The notes under the pieces were generated by a model. That model was not told the DNA's origin and made no database searches. It saw only the letters and a list, made by a program, of their open reading frames with translations. Position numbers and translations under genes: made by a program. Positions 19,801 through 27,090 of a stretch of DNA of 64,000 nucleotides are shown piece after piece. Each line of letters starts with the position of its first letter. Within the stretch, counting starts at the first letter, position 1. Source of the DNA: Bdellovibrionales bacterium (GTDB taxonomy: Bacteria; Bdellovibrionota; Bdellovibrionia; Bdellovibrionales; UBA1609); NCBI GenBank assembly GCA_965205945.1, contig CBDBIB010000002.1, forward strand, positions 96,001 through 160,000. The letters are read 5' to 3'.

Positions 19801-20407
19801 TAAGCTCCCTTTGATTGGCATCATTATCAAACACGGTCTCTAAATTGCTTTGAGTAACACCACGACTTACTTGAATAAAATCATTAACAGCTTTTCCACC
19901 AAGTTTGCCGGCATACTGAGCATAGGGCACACTGTGAATTATATGGTCATTTGTTAAAGTAAGAGGGCCGCTGCCATGATCAAAAGTTACTCTAAGCCTT
20001 CTTGTATCGTTTAAGGTTGGAGTGTATGAAGACCCAAAGGCACAACTAAGACTTTTATTGTTTAAAAAAGAATTGTCTAAAGCTTTAGATAAATTTGTTA
20101 AGCCTCCATTTCCTGTGTTTATTCCAGACCCAACGTTTAAGTTAAAAACTCCCTTTGATCCTATCATATTAAGATTAAAACTTTCTTCGTAAAGAAGACA
20201 ATGATCCATGGAGGATAAAACTTGAACAAGAAAGCTGACATTATTTTCTTCTAAAGCGTCTCCATTGGGTTTTACAATTTGGCCTTGAAAAACAAAAGAA
20301 CTTGGGGTGGCTAGAGAATGGGGAGTTAATAGTAAAATTGTGAAGAAAGTTAAAGCTTTCACACTTATTTCTATGAAATTTTTTAATAAGTCATATACTC
20401 TATACAT
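13871..20407 (-). CDS. Giant mosaic fibre adhesin: MAT-like N-terminus, phage-fibre-like repeats, Ig-like/PKD domains, DUF285 (BspA-like) tip
   Basis: Signal peptide then FQGQIVKPNG..LE...C.LYEE...G.FNL.VGSG; GTYPKVRVDVKGRV and GLSGGGDLS fibre motifs; C...EGTLRYN...LEFCDG..W; VHWGDGT (PKD); WDTSKVTxMxxMF repeats. Confidence 0.85.
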   Translation of the reverse strand: MYRVYDLLKNFIEISVKALTFFTILLLTPHSLATPSSFVFQGQIVKPNGDALEENNVSFLVQVLSSMDHCLLYEESFNLNMIGSKGVFNLNVGSGINTGNGGLTNLSKALDNSFLNNKSLSCAFGSSYTPTLNDTRRLRVTFDHGSGPLTLTNDHIIHSVPYAQYAGKLGGKAVNDFIQVSRGVTQSNLETVFDNDANQRELMALINGSSNQYSPLSISGASFLPSFSSSHPPPNSQAGDIWYNSTNNQIMYYNGSAATVVGKGSGTVTSITAGSGLSGGTITNSGTILIAPGGVLNSHLASGIHANKITSGILPSSVVPTGTDNTKLPLTGGVLLGDLNFNNNQILNTSHIMQNPGSTMTLGSYTNLEEVSLLGSMNMSNAGATWYNSDSGALKYWNGVSLEVLSTLSSASSVLVNAPLTSSGGSNPTISINLGRGLYNNSGNIDLDLDSSGGLEFNINKLKVKVGSGLKITPRGLEADIGSGLGQLMQVDTLPVCTSGEKIQRNPGAIISYSCVADIDTDTDTSLLGSQAQGDLTGTYPNPSLIPTGVTQGAYPKVRVDVKGRVVEGLSLLKSDIPDLNGEKITSGTISTARLDVGTGSNQLIKLDSSLRLPAVDGSRLINLPSSADNMGDSVARLNINLNQNYLSGDGDNEGIIIDASGRVGVGKASPEALLDVAGTARITQICDERGANCKDVSEGWSLASLAANTVTYTPFGNIQATDVEGALNELESRKAPITRTIRTALNSGLSGGGDLSTDRSLSVDINKTTEKTTADSLDSVLMYDVSQSGLKKITHSNFLNGYLKASLGKSRGNAMDAGGVPSCESNEKLQMSNGPIYSWSCEVDQNTSLLGSQAQGDLTGTYPNPSLIPTGVTPGTYPKVRVDVKGRVVEGLSLLKSDIPDLNGEKITSGTISTARLDVGTGSNQLVKLDSSLRLPAVDGSQLINLPSSADNMGDGIARLNINLNQNYLSGDGDNEGIIIDANGRVGVGKASPEALLDVAGTARITQICDERGANCKDVSEGWSLASLAANTVTYTPFGNIQATDVEGALNELESRKAPITRTITTALNSGLSGGGDLSTNRSLSVDINKTTEKTTADSLDSVLMYDVSQSGLKKITHSNFLNGYLKASLGKNAGNAMDAGGVPSCETNEKLQMSNGPIYSWSCEVDQDTSLLGSQAQGDLTGTYPNPSLIPTGVTPGTYPKVRVDVKGRVVEGLSLLKSDIPDLNGEKITSGTISTARLDVGTGSNQLVKLDSSLRLPAVDGSQLINLPSSADNMGDGIARLNINLNQNYLSGDGDNEGIIIDANGRVGVGKASPEALLDVAGTARITQICDERGANCKDVSEGWSLASLAANTVTYTPFGNIQATDVEGALNELESRKAPITRTIRTALNSGLSGGGDLSTNRSLSVDINKTTEKTTADSLDSVLMYDVSQSGLKKITHSNFLNGYLKASLGKNAGNAMDAGGVPNCESNEKLQMSEGPIYLWSCVTDTSLLGSQAQGDLTGTYPNPSLIPTGVTQGTYPKVRVDVKGRVVEGLSLLKSDIPDLNGEKITSGTISTARLDVGTGSNQLIKLDSSLRLPAVDGSRLINLPSSADNMGDGRARLNINLNQNYLSGDGDDEGITINNNGDVSVSGSISTPGSISTSTVTFLKKVGTVTTPCDSLTEGTLRYNSLGKKLEFCDGVVWKTFLSNNDPTISITNSLSGSYINSINEGGFRVLGTCSEDGELITFSHGTSFITCSNKSFSGDIDFSSLSDGPLSLTASITNIAGNSKTSGVLNLIKDTKPPIVSIGSHIISSSNSIDFPITVSQDFSSINLEKSNVSLTGATTGCTVLVTNGTTINPSIRISDCSDETGNIQITIASGVAQDAAGNLSDVVSLSTEIQNLGTPFTAKFSIYGSDLNLNLSLSSSYTYNFMVHWGDGTSGVVTSSSDLDKNHTYSSSGTYIVKITGRCPYLNFRDSEQIIEVTELGDTGWESFSHMFYKADNLTLVNGGSTRHVTNMSRMFFSADLANPDTSNWDTSKVTSMSRMFFSADLANPDTSNWDTSKVTNMGSMFNSAALANPDTSNWDTSKVTNMGSMFNSAALANPDTSNWDTSKVTDMRSMFLSADLANPDTSNWDTSKVTDMRSMFSNADSFDQDISSWNVSNVVECGSFSYQTLTSWTLAEKPNFTRCSPDY
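14005..14415. repeat. 75-bp tandem repeats encoding 25-aa DUF285 units (about 5.5 copies)
   Basis: GTAACCTTAGAAGTGTCCCAGTTAGAGGTGTCAGGGTTAGCTAAA recurs every 75 bp. Confidence 0.93.
15554..18840. repeat. Near-identical 963-969-bp tandem repeats (about 3.4 copies, 321-323 aa)
   Basis: Identical antisense ORFs at 16341/17310/18279 and near-identical ones at 15702/16665/17634/18603 give the period directly. Confidence 0.96.
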
Positions 20408-20414
20408 ATTGTAT

Positions 20415-20441
20415 ATTTCGGATGAAAAGCTTAATAATTAG
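20415..20441 (-). promoter_or_regulatory. Possible sigma-28 (FliA)-type promoter of the fibre gene
   Basis: CTAA-N15-TCCGAAAT vs consensus TAAA-N15-GCCGATAA. Confidence 0.35.
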
Positions 20442-20497
20442 AGGAAATTAAATAGTTTTTTAGCTCTAATTCTACATTTTTATTTTCATTTAAAATC

Positions 20498-20540
20498 TGT
20501 GCTTTTACAAAATATGCCGATAAGGAGGATTATGTTACTA
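20498..20540 (+). repeat. Left 43-bp inverted repeat containing a dif-like XerC/D site (20513-20540)
   Basis: TATGCCGATAA-GGAGGA-TTATGTTACTA; 41/43 identical to the reverse complement of 20997-21039. Confidence 0.85.
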
Positions 20541-20996
20541 CGTCTATTTTAAAATTATATTTAAGTTTAAAAGTATTTAATTATAAAAGTTTAGACTTTA
20601 TTTTTTTAAAATTATTATTTTCAATAAAATTTTTATCATTAAAAATAAGGACTGCTTTAGAATTTACTTTAAAAATATTTAATATTTAGCGCTCTTTTTT
20701 TAAAGCTTAGATTTAAATATCTTTATTTATCATAGCTGTTATTTTAACCAACATCTAAGTTTAAAAGTTATTAAGATACAGCATATGTATTATATAAAAT
20801 TAAATAAATATTTAAAGCGATATTCTTTAAGGTTTTTTTAATATTTATTTGTATAGAGATATTATTTAAACAAGAAAATCTTGTTAATTAAACGTAACTA
20901 TTTTGCAACATTTTTATGTTACAAAGAAATTTACACTTAAGCACCATAGTTAAAATCAGCAGGTCAAATCAAAAATAATGTGGTTTTAAGCAGAAA

Positions 20997-21039
20997 TAGT
21001 AACATAATCCTCCTTATCGGCATGTTTTATAAAAGCACA
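20997..21039 (-). repeat. Right 43-bp inverted repeat containing a dif-like XerC/D site (21024-20997)
   Basis: CATGCCGATAA-GGAGGA-TTATGTTACTA on the minus strand. Confidence 0.85.
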
Positions 21040-21113
21040 CCATCCATATTAATAACTTTAAAAGTATTCCAACCAGAAATGTTAGGGGGGTTGCTAAAGC
21101 TGCATTACTCAAT
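21036..21113 (-). pseudogene. Single degenerate DUF285 repeat remnant
   Basis: Translates, with a frameshift at a G6 run, as SNAALATP/NISGWNTFKVINMDGV vs the fibre repeat NSAALANPDTSNWDTSKVTNMGSM. Confidence 0.7.
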
Positions 21114-21424
21114 TTAATATTAGAGCTTTTGCGGGCAAATGACACAGAGCGCATTAGGAGTGTGAAAATAGTAGGGCTTTTGCTTATTTACCTATTCTAG
21201 GCAGATTCAAACTAGATTTAAATCAAGGGTATATTGTTGCATCACATTCTAAACTTAGAAGAGAGGAGTTATTTAAGTTATTCCACTAATATAAGCGCCT
21301 TTATCTAAAGGATAAAGTATTTTATGAGATAAAAACTCTAACATACTGGTATCTTTTGTGGTTCTTAAATCTTTTGATTATATGCATGGTAGAAAAGCTA
21401 TTTGTTTAGTGGTTAAATTTTAAT

Positions 21425-22264
21425 ATGAAGTTATTAAAGAAGCATAAGTGTTTTAATGGTGTAACAGAGTTTTTTGAACACGATTCTATTTTTACAAAAA
21501 TCAAAATGAAATTTGCAGTGATTAGGTCTGAAAATTTAAAAGATATTAAAGGAGGTCTTATTTGGCTATCAGGGCTAACTTGTACTGAGGAGAACTTTGT
21601 AATTAAAGCCGGAGCTCAAAGAGTAGCTACTCAACTGGGTTTAGTTATAATTTGTCCAGATACTTCGCCAAGAGGTTTAAGCCTTTTAGGAGAGCATGAA
21701 TCTTGTTATTTTGGCTCTGGGGCAGGCTGTTATGTGGATTCTTTAACTCAAGATTATAAACACCATTACAATATGTATTCATATGTGAATGATGAAATCT
21801 ATGGGATTGTAAACAAAGAATATAAGCTTAATGGGAATATAAGTATCTTTGGCCATTCAATGGGTGGGCATGGTGCTTTAGTTATTGGTTTAAGAAATAC
21901 TAATAAATATAAATCCATCTCAGCTTTTGCTCCTATTGTAAATTTAACAAAAGTAAATTGGGGTAAAAAAGCTTTTAAAAAATATTTAGGATCTGATGAA
22001 AATTTATGGAATAAATATGATGCTTGTGAATTAATTAAGAGTGGTAAATTTCATAAAAATAAAATTTTAATTGATCAGGGTACGGATGATGAGTCTTTAA
22101 ATAAGAGCTTAATGATTCCTAATTTTGAAAAAGCATGTGAATCATCACCTCAAGAACTTAAAGTAAGGTATCATAAGGGGTTTGACCACTCATATTACTT
22201 TGTTTCTACGTTTATAAAAGACCATTTAAGGTTTCACCAAAGAAGTTTATTAAAACAAGTTTAA
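21425..22264 (+). CDS. fghA: S-formylglutathione hydrolase
   Basis: WLSGLTC, PDTSPRG, GHSMGGHGAL and DHSYYF motifs. Confidence 0.95.
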   Translation: MKLLKKHKCFNGVTEFFEHDSIFTKIKMKFAVIRSENLKDIKGGLIWLSGLTCTEENFVIKAGAQRVATQLGLVIICPDTSPRGLSLLGEHESCYFGSGAGCYVDSLTQDYKHHYNMYSYVNDEIYGIVNKEYKLNGNISIFGHSMGGHGALVIGLRNTNKYKSISAFAPIVNLTKVNWGKKAFKKYLGSDENLWNKYDACELIKSGKFHKNKILIDQGTDDESLNKSLMIPNFEKACESSPQELKVRYHKGFDHSYYFVSTFIKDHLRFHQRSLLKQV

Positions 22265-22544
22265 AACCATAATAACAGCATAAGAATTTAGTCTTAAATT
22301 AGGTTTTTTTTATGTTATTAAGTCTGGATAAATTAGAATTTAAAAACTTATTATTGTAAAAAGAATGATGAGTTTATGGTATTTTAAAAATGTATTGATA
22401 AGATATTTTAAATAAAATTAGTTTAATCCATTTAAACTATTTACAAGAATTCTAATAATAATTTTATTCCTAAAGTGCTTAAGAACAACTAAATAGGCAG
22501 TTAAAACTGTTCTTTTAAAGTATAAAGAGTGGTAGATAGAAAAT

Positions 22545-23690
22545 ATGAACAGGGTGTTTCTTGATAATAATGCAACTACGATGCCTTCTTGTGAAGTTTT
22601 AGAGGCTATAAGGACTTTTTCTTCTTGGGGGAATCCAAGTTCTGTTCATAGCTCAGGGAGAGCGGCAAAATTTTCAATTTTAAAAGTCAGGCGCTCTTTA
22701 GCAGAATCATTTGGTTGCACTCCTGGAGAACTTGTATTTACCTCTGGCGGTAGTGAGGCTAATAATTCTATTGTAAAAGGTCTTATATCAAAGCTTTATA
22801 AGTGTGGGCAAGACACAATTGTATCATCAACCATAGAGCATCCAGCTTTATTTAAAGCTCTTAATCAGGTAAAAAATTTAGGTTTTAAGATTATTCAGGT
22901 TCCGGTTACAGTGGATAAAGGTTTTGATTATTCTTTTTTAGAAAAAATTTTATCTGAGAATAAAGTAGGTCTTGTTAGTGTTATGCAAATTAATAATGAA
23001 ACTGGTGAAGTTTTTAATTTAAAAAAAATAAGGCAAATAATTAATAGTATACAATCTGATAAAAAGATTTATTTTCATTCTGATATGGTTCAAACTTTGG
23101 GTAAAATATCAGTGGATTTATCTCCAATAGATTTTGCAAGTTTTTCAGCTCATAAGTTTTATGCTCTTCAAGGTGTGGGTCTTATTTTTCAGAAAAAAGG
23201 TTTAAGTTTAGATCCTTTAATTATTGGTGGCGGTCAGGAAAAAGGTAGAAGAGCAGGGACAGAAAATCTTTTAGGAATTTATGCTTTTGGTGAACAGATT
23301 AAGAAACTAGATCAGGTTGAACAGGTGTCAGAAAGAATGACTAAGTTAAGAGACTATATGGAGTCTATGATATCTAGAAAAATAAAAAAAATTAGGTTTT
23401 TATCAAAAACTAGATTGCGAGCTCCAAACACGTCTTTAATGCTTATTTGTGGAGTCCATGGAGAGACTCTATTAATGAATATGGATCTTTTAGGCTTTGA
23501 GATTAGCACAGGAGCCGCTTGCAGTTCAGGAAACCCTAAACCCTCATCAGTTTTAATTGCAATGGGCCTTAGCAATCATGAGGCTTCAAAATCTCTTAGA
23601 GTGAGTTTAGGTTGGCAAACTACACAAAACGAGATAGATAGATTTATTCAGGCTTTGGTTAAAGTAGTGAAAAAATTAAGAGGGCTTTAG
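22545..23690 (+). CDS. iscS: Cysteine desulfurase (IscS/NifS family)
   Basis: LDNNATT, FTSGGSEANN, SAHKF (PLP lysine) and STGAACSSG motifs. Confidence 0.9.
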   Translation: MNRVFLDNNATTMPSCEVLEAIRTFSSWGNPSSVHSSGRAAKFSILKVRRSLAESFGCTPGELVFTSGGSEANNSIVKGLISKLYKCGQDTIVSSTIEHPALFKALNQVKNLGFKIIQVPVTVDKGFDYSFLEKILSENKVGLVSVMQINNETGEVFNLKKIRQIINSIQSDKKIYFHSDMVQTLGKISVDLSPIDFASFSAHKFYALQGVGLIFQKKGLSLDPLIIGGGQEKGRRAGTENLLGIYAFGEQIKKLDQVEQVSERMTKLRDYMESMISRKIKKIRFLSKTRLRAPNTSLMLICGVHGETLLMNMDLLGFEISTGAACSSGNPKPSSVLIAMGLSNHEASKSLRVSLGWQTTQNEIDRFIQALVKVVKKLRGL

Positions 23691-23692
23691 CG

Positions 23693-24796
23693 GTGGTATT
23701 AAATAAAAAAAAACTTAGAATTTTAGTTGCTATGAGTGGTGGAGTGGACAGTTCTGTTGCTGCAGCGTTGTTAGTAGATCAGGGTTTTGATGTCATCGGG
23801 GCGACTATGCAGGTTTGGGATTATTCTAAAAACAAAGCTAAACAAGATTCTGATTGTGATGTAAATGGCACATGTTGTAGTAGTGATGACGTAGATGATG
23901 CAAGATGGGTTGCTGATCAACTAAGGATTCCTTTTTATGTTTTAAATTGTGAAGATCAATTTCAGGCAGAAGTTATTGATCCTTTTCTTGAATCTTATCT
24001 TTGCGGTAAAACACCAATTCCATGTATAAACTGTAATACTTTTTTAAAGTTTTCACACTTGATTCAAAAAATGAAAGAACTTGATTGTGATTATCTAGCA
24101 ACAGGTCACTATGCTAAGATTGTCACTGGTGATAATAATGAGCAGTTAATCCAAACTTCTGAAGATGGACATAAAGATCAAACGTATTTTTTATTTACAT
24201 TAAACAAAGAAGTGATTTCTAAAATCATATTTCCTGTGGGAAATATGAATAAATCTGAAGTAAGAAGAATTGCTGAAGAAAAAAAATTAATAGTTGCAAA
24301 AAAGAAAGATTCAATTGGAATTTGTTTTATTAAAAAAAATAGTTACAAAGAATTTTTTTCTGATCATGTGGCTCCAGATCTATTAAATAAAGGACCCATT
24401 GTACTTTATCCTGAAAATAAAGTAATGGGTGAGCATTCAGGTCTGTATGGTTTTACCTATGGTCAAAGAAAATCCTTGGGCGTTAATTTTTTAGAACCTT
24501 TATTTGTTAAATCTCTTGATATGGAAAATAATAAACTGATTCTGTGTCGTAAAGATGATCTTTATGCTTACAATGTTCAGGTTAGAGACTGTAATTTTTT
24601 TACAGATGTTTTTAAAGGTGAAGTTTATAGAGTTAAACTAAGATATCAGCATAAAGGTGCTGATTGTACAGTTGAGGATATTAAAAACAGCTTAGTGAAG
24701 CTAAAATTTAATGATCCTCAAAGAGCTATTACTCCAGGTCAGGCTGCTGTTTTTTATAAGGAAAATAACCTTGTTGGAGGAGGTTGGATTGTGTAA
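23693..24796 (+). CDS. mnmA: tRNA 2-thiouridylase MnmA
   Basis: AMSGGVDSS, CC, PCINCN, ATGHY, KDQTYFL and AITPGQAAVFY motifs. Confidence 0.96.
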   Translation: MVLNKKKLRILVAMSGGVDSSVAAALLVDQGFDVIGATMQVWDYSKNKAKQDSDCDVNGTCCSSDDVDDARWVADQLRIPFYVLNCEDQFQAEVIDPFLESYLCGKTPIPCINCNTFLKFSHLIQKMKELDCDYLATGHYAKIVTGDNNEQLIQTSEDGHKDQTYFLFTLNKEVISKIIFPVGNMNKSEVRRIAEEKKLIVAKKKDSIGICFIKKNSYKEFFSDHVAPDLLNKGPIVLYPENKVMGEHSGLYGFTYGQRKSLGVNFLEPLFVKSLDMENNKLILCRKDDLYAYNVQVRDCNFFTDVFKGEVYRVKLRYQHKGADCTVEDIKNSLVKLKFNDPQRAITPGQAAVFYKENNLVGGGWIV

Positions 24797-26114
24797 AAAA
24801 AACAAAGATTCTCAGATACAGTATCATACGTTTGGTTGTAAGGTAAACACCTATGATACAGGCCTTATTCAAAAAAACTTAAAAGATATAAACATAGACA
24901 AGATATTAAATACTAATAAGAAAATTCATATTTTAAATACATGTGCTGTAACAGCTGAAGCAACTAAAGACGCAGTAAGATTGACAAAAAAAATTAAAAA
25001 AGAAAACCTTCAGGCCATAGTAGTAGTGACGGGCTGTTCTGCTCAAATTGATAAAAAATATTTTGAATTAGAAGATTCAGTTGACCTTTTAGTAGGAAAT
25101 TCACATAAAGAAGAATTTAAAGATTTATTACAAAAAAAAATTAATGGAGAGAATTTAGAACGGTTTTATCATAAAAATATTTTTAAGAAATCCTCAATGG
25201 GTGAAGGTGGTGGAATTGAAGAAAATCATACAAGGGCTTTTTTAAAAATTCAAGATGGATGCGATTCTTTTTGTTCATTCTGTGTTATTCCGCATACTCG
25301 AGGAAAAAGCAGATCATTGCCATTAAATGCAATAGTGAAAAAAATTAAAGATTTTGTTTTAAATGGTCAAAGAGAAGTGGTTATTACAGGCATTCATATT
25401 GGAGACTATGTTAATGAAGGTAAGAACCTTGAAGATATGATTGAGGCGATATTAAAAGAAACCACACTTCCAAGATTGAGGCTTACAAGTTTAGAGCCCT
25501 TAGAACTTACACCAAAGCTTATAAAAATTTGTAAAAACCCTAGAGTCTGTCCTCATTTTCATATGAGTGTTCAGTCTATAAACACAAAAATTTTAAAAGC
25601 CATGAAGCGTAAATATACAAGGCAAGATGTTTTAGAGTCTTTTAAAAAAGCAAAATCTGTGAGAGAGAATGTTTTTGTAGGTATGGATATTATTGTAGGG
25701 TTTCCTGGAGAAACTGAAGAAGATTTTAATGAAACATATAACGCTCTAAAAGATTCTCCTTATTGGGATAGAGTTCATGTTTTTCCTTATAGTGAGCGTC
25801 CTAAAACAAGAGCAAGCCTTTTAAAGGGTTTTGTTCCGGTAATGGAAAGAAAAAAAAGATCTAAGGCTTTAAGAGAGCTTTCAAAAAAACGTTTTCAAAG
25901 TAGTTTGGTTAAACAAATTGGTAAAACTCTTAAGGTTTTGGTTTTTGAGGAAAAAAATTTAAAAAATCAAAGATCTTACTCACAAGGTTTGTCAGAAAAC
26001 TACTACCCTGTAATTTTTCCAGAAGGAGCTCCTCAACTTAAAGAAGTAAAAGCCCGGGTGGTTAAGGTAGATTACAATTTTAAATTAAATGGAGCTTTAA
26101 TTTGTAAAATTTAG
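24789..26114 (+). CDS. mtaB: tRNA t6A37 methylthiotransferase MtaB
   Basis: TFGCKVN, NTCAVT, radical-SAM CxxxCxxC (CDSFCSFC), HVFPYSER; TTG start after GGAGGAGG. Confidence 0.9.
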   Translation: MCKKNKDSQIQYHTFGCKVNTYDTGLIQKNLKDINIDKILNTNKKIHILNTCAVTAEATKDAVRLTKKIKKENLQAIVVVTGCSAQIDKKYFELEDSVDLLVGNSHKEEFKDLLQKKINGENLERFYHKNIFKKSSMGEGGGIEENHTRAFLKIQDGCDSFCSFCVIPHTRGKSRSLPLNAIVKKIKDFVLNGQREVVITGIHIGDYVNEGKNLEDMIEAILKETTLPRLRLTSLEPLELTPKLIKICKNPRVCPHFHMSVQSINTKILKAMKRKYTRQDVLESFKKAKSVRENVFVGMDIIVGFPGETEEDFNETYNALKDSPYWDRVHVFPYSERPKTRASLLKGFVPVMERKKRSKALRELSKKRFQSSLVKQIGKTLKVLVFEEKNLKNQRSYSQGLSENYYPVIFPEGAPQLKEVKARVVKVDYNFKLNGALICKI

Positions 26115-26424
26115 TCTAAAAATAACGTAAGCGAACAGTCCTTCTTTGTTTTAAAATTAGACTTGCCATGCCTTTTTAAGCTAAACCATTTATTTTACTC
26201 GCTCTATGGTTTTATCAAGCTAGAAGTTATGAGTTTAGAGCAGAAAATTTTTCAGACAGGAATAAAGATGGAGCTAATCTTAAAGGTCTAGTAAGCTGCC
26301 CTCGTTGAACATTTAAAGCAGTTTGAGCTTTGATACAAATTTTAATTTAGAGTTAAGATTATTAAAAGTTATTGACTTAAGCCTATTTAATAAGCTATAT
26401 GGATATAAAAGATAGGAATTTCCT

Positions 26425-27090
26425 TTGATGATCTTAAAATTAGACGAACTTATAAAATCTTTAGATTTATATAAAGAGGCTTTTACACACAAGAGCTTAT
26501 CTGCTCATAAGAATTTTGAGCGATTAGAGTTCTTAGGTGATGCTTTATTAGGGGCAAAAATCACAGAGCTTTTATATCGTTATTATCCTAAGCATAAAGA
26601 GGGTGATTTAAGTCGTTGGAAATCTGGAATTATTAGTCAAAAAACCCTTTTAGAGGTTTCTAATGAGCTAGGGTTAATTCAATATTTAATGTGTAAGAAC
26701 TCTGAAAAACCTATGCTTTTAAAAAATGATAGAATTAAGGCTTCGATTTTAGAGTCATTTTTAGGAGCATATTATTTAGAAAAAGGCTATGAAGAATTTT
26801 CAACTTATGTGATGAATTTATTTAAAGATAGGATTAAAAATGCTCAGATATTTTTTTTAAAGCAAGATCCTAAAACAATTCTTCAAGAAAAAGCACAGAA
26901 CTTTTTAAAAGTAACACCAATATATAAAATATTAGGGCAAACAGGCCCCCCTCATTGTCTTATATTTACTGCTGCAGTTTTAATAAAAGATGAAATTTAT
27001 GAATCAGGAAAGGGTCATTCAATAAAAGAGGCACAAATGCAAGCTGCAAGAAAAGCAATAGTTAGGTTGCAGAAGAGTAAATATGTTTAA
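26425..27090 (+). CDS. rnc: Ribonuclease III
   Basis: ERLEFLGDA signature; C-terminal dsRBD. Confidence 0.96.
   Translation: MMILKLDELIKSLDLYKEAFTHKSLSAHKNFERLEFLGDALLGAKITELLYRYYPKHKEGDLSRWKSGIISQKTLLEVSNELGLIQYLMCKNSEKPMLLKNDRIKASILESFLGAYYLEKGYEEFSTYVMNLFKDRIKNAQIFFLKQDPKTILQEKAQNFLKVTPIYKILGQTGPPHCLIFTAAVLIKDEIYESGKGHSIKEAQMQAARKAIVRLQKSKYV

Noticed and set aside
20521..20552. AAGGAGG-ATT-ATG in both inverted repeats as starts of small peptides
   Set aside because: SD-ATG spacing is only 3 nt and the ORFs are 6 and 13 codons; the dif-like reading explains the sequence better.
20513..21024. The sites as the chromosomal dif at the replication terminus
   Set aside because: There are two inverted copies rather than one, and no obvious strand-skew switch by eye. 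Not excluded without a whole-genome skew calculation.
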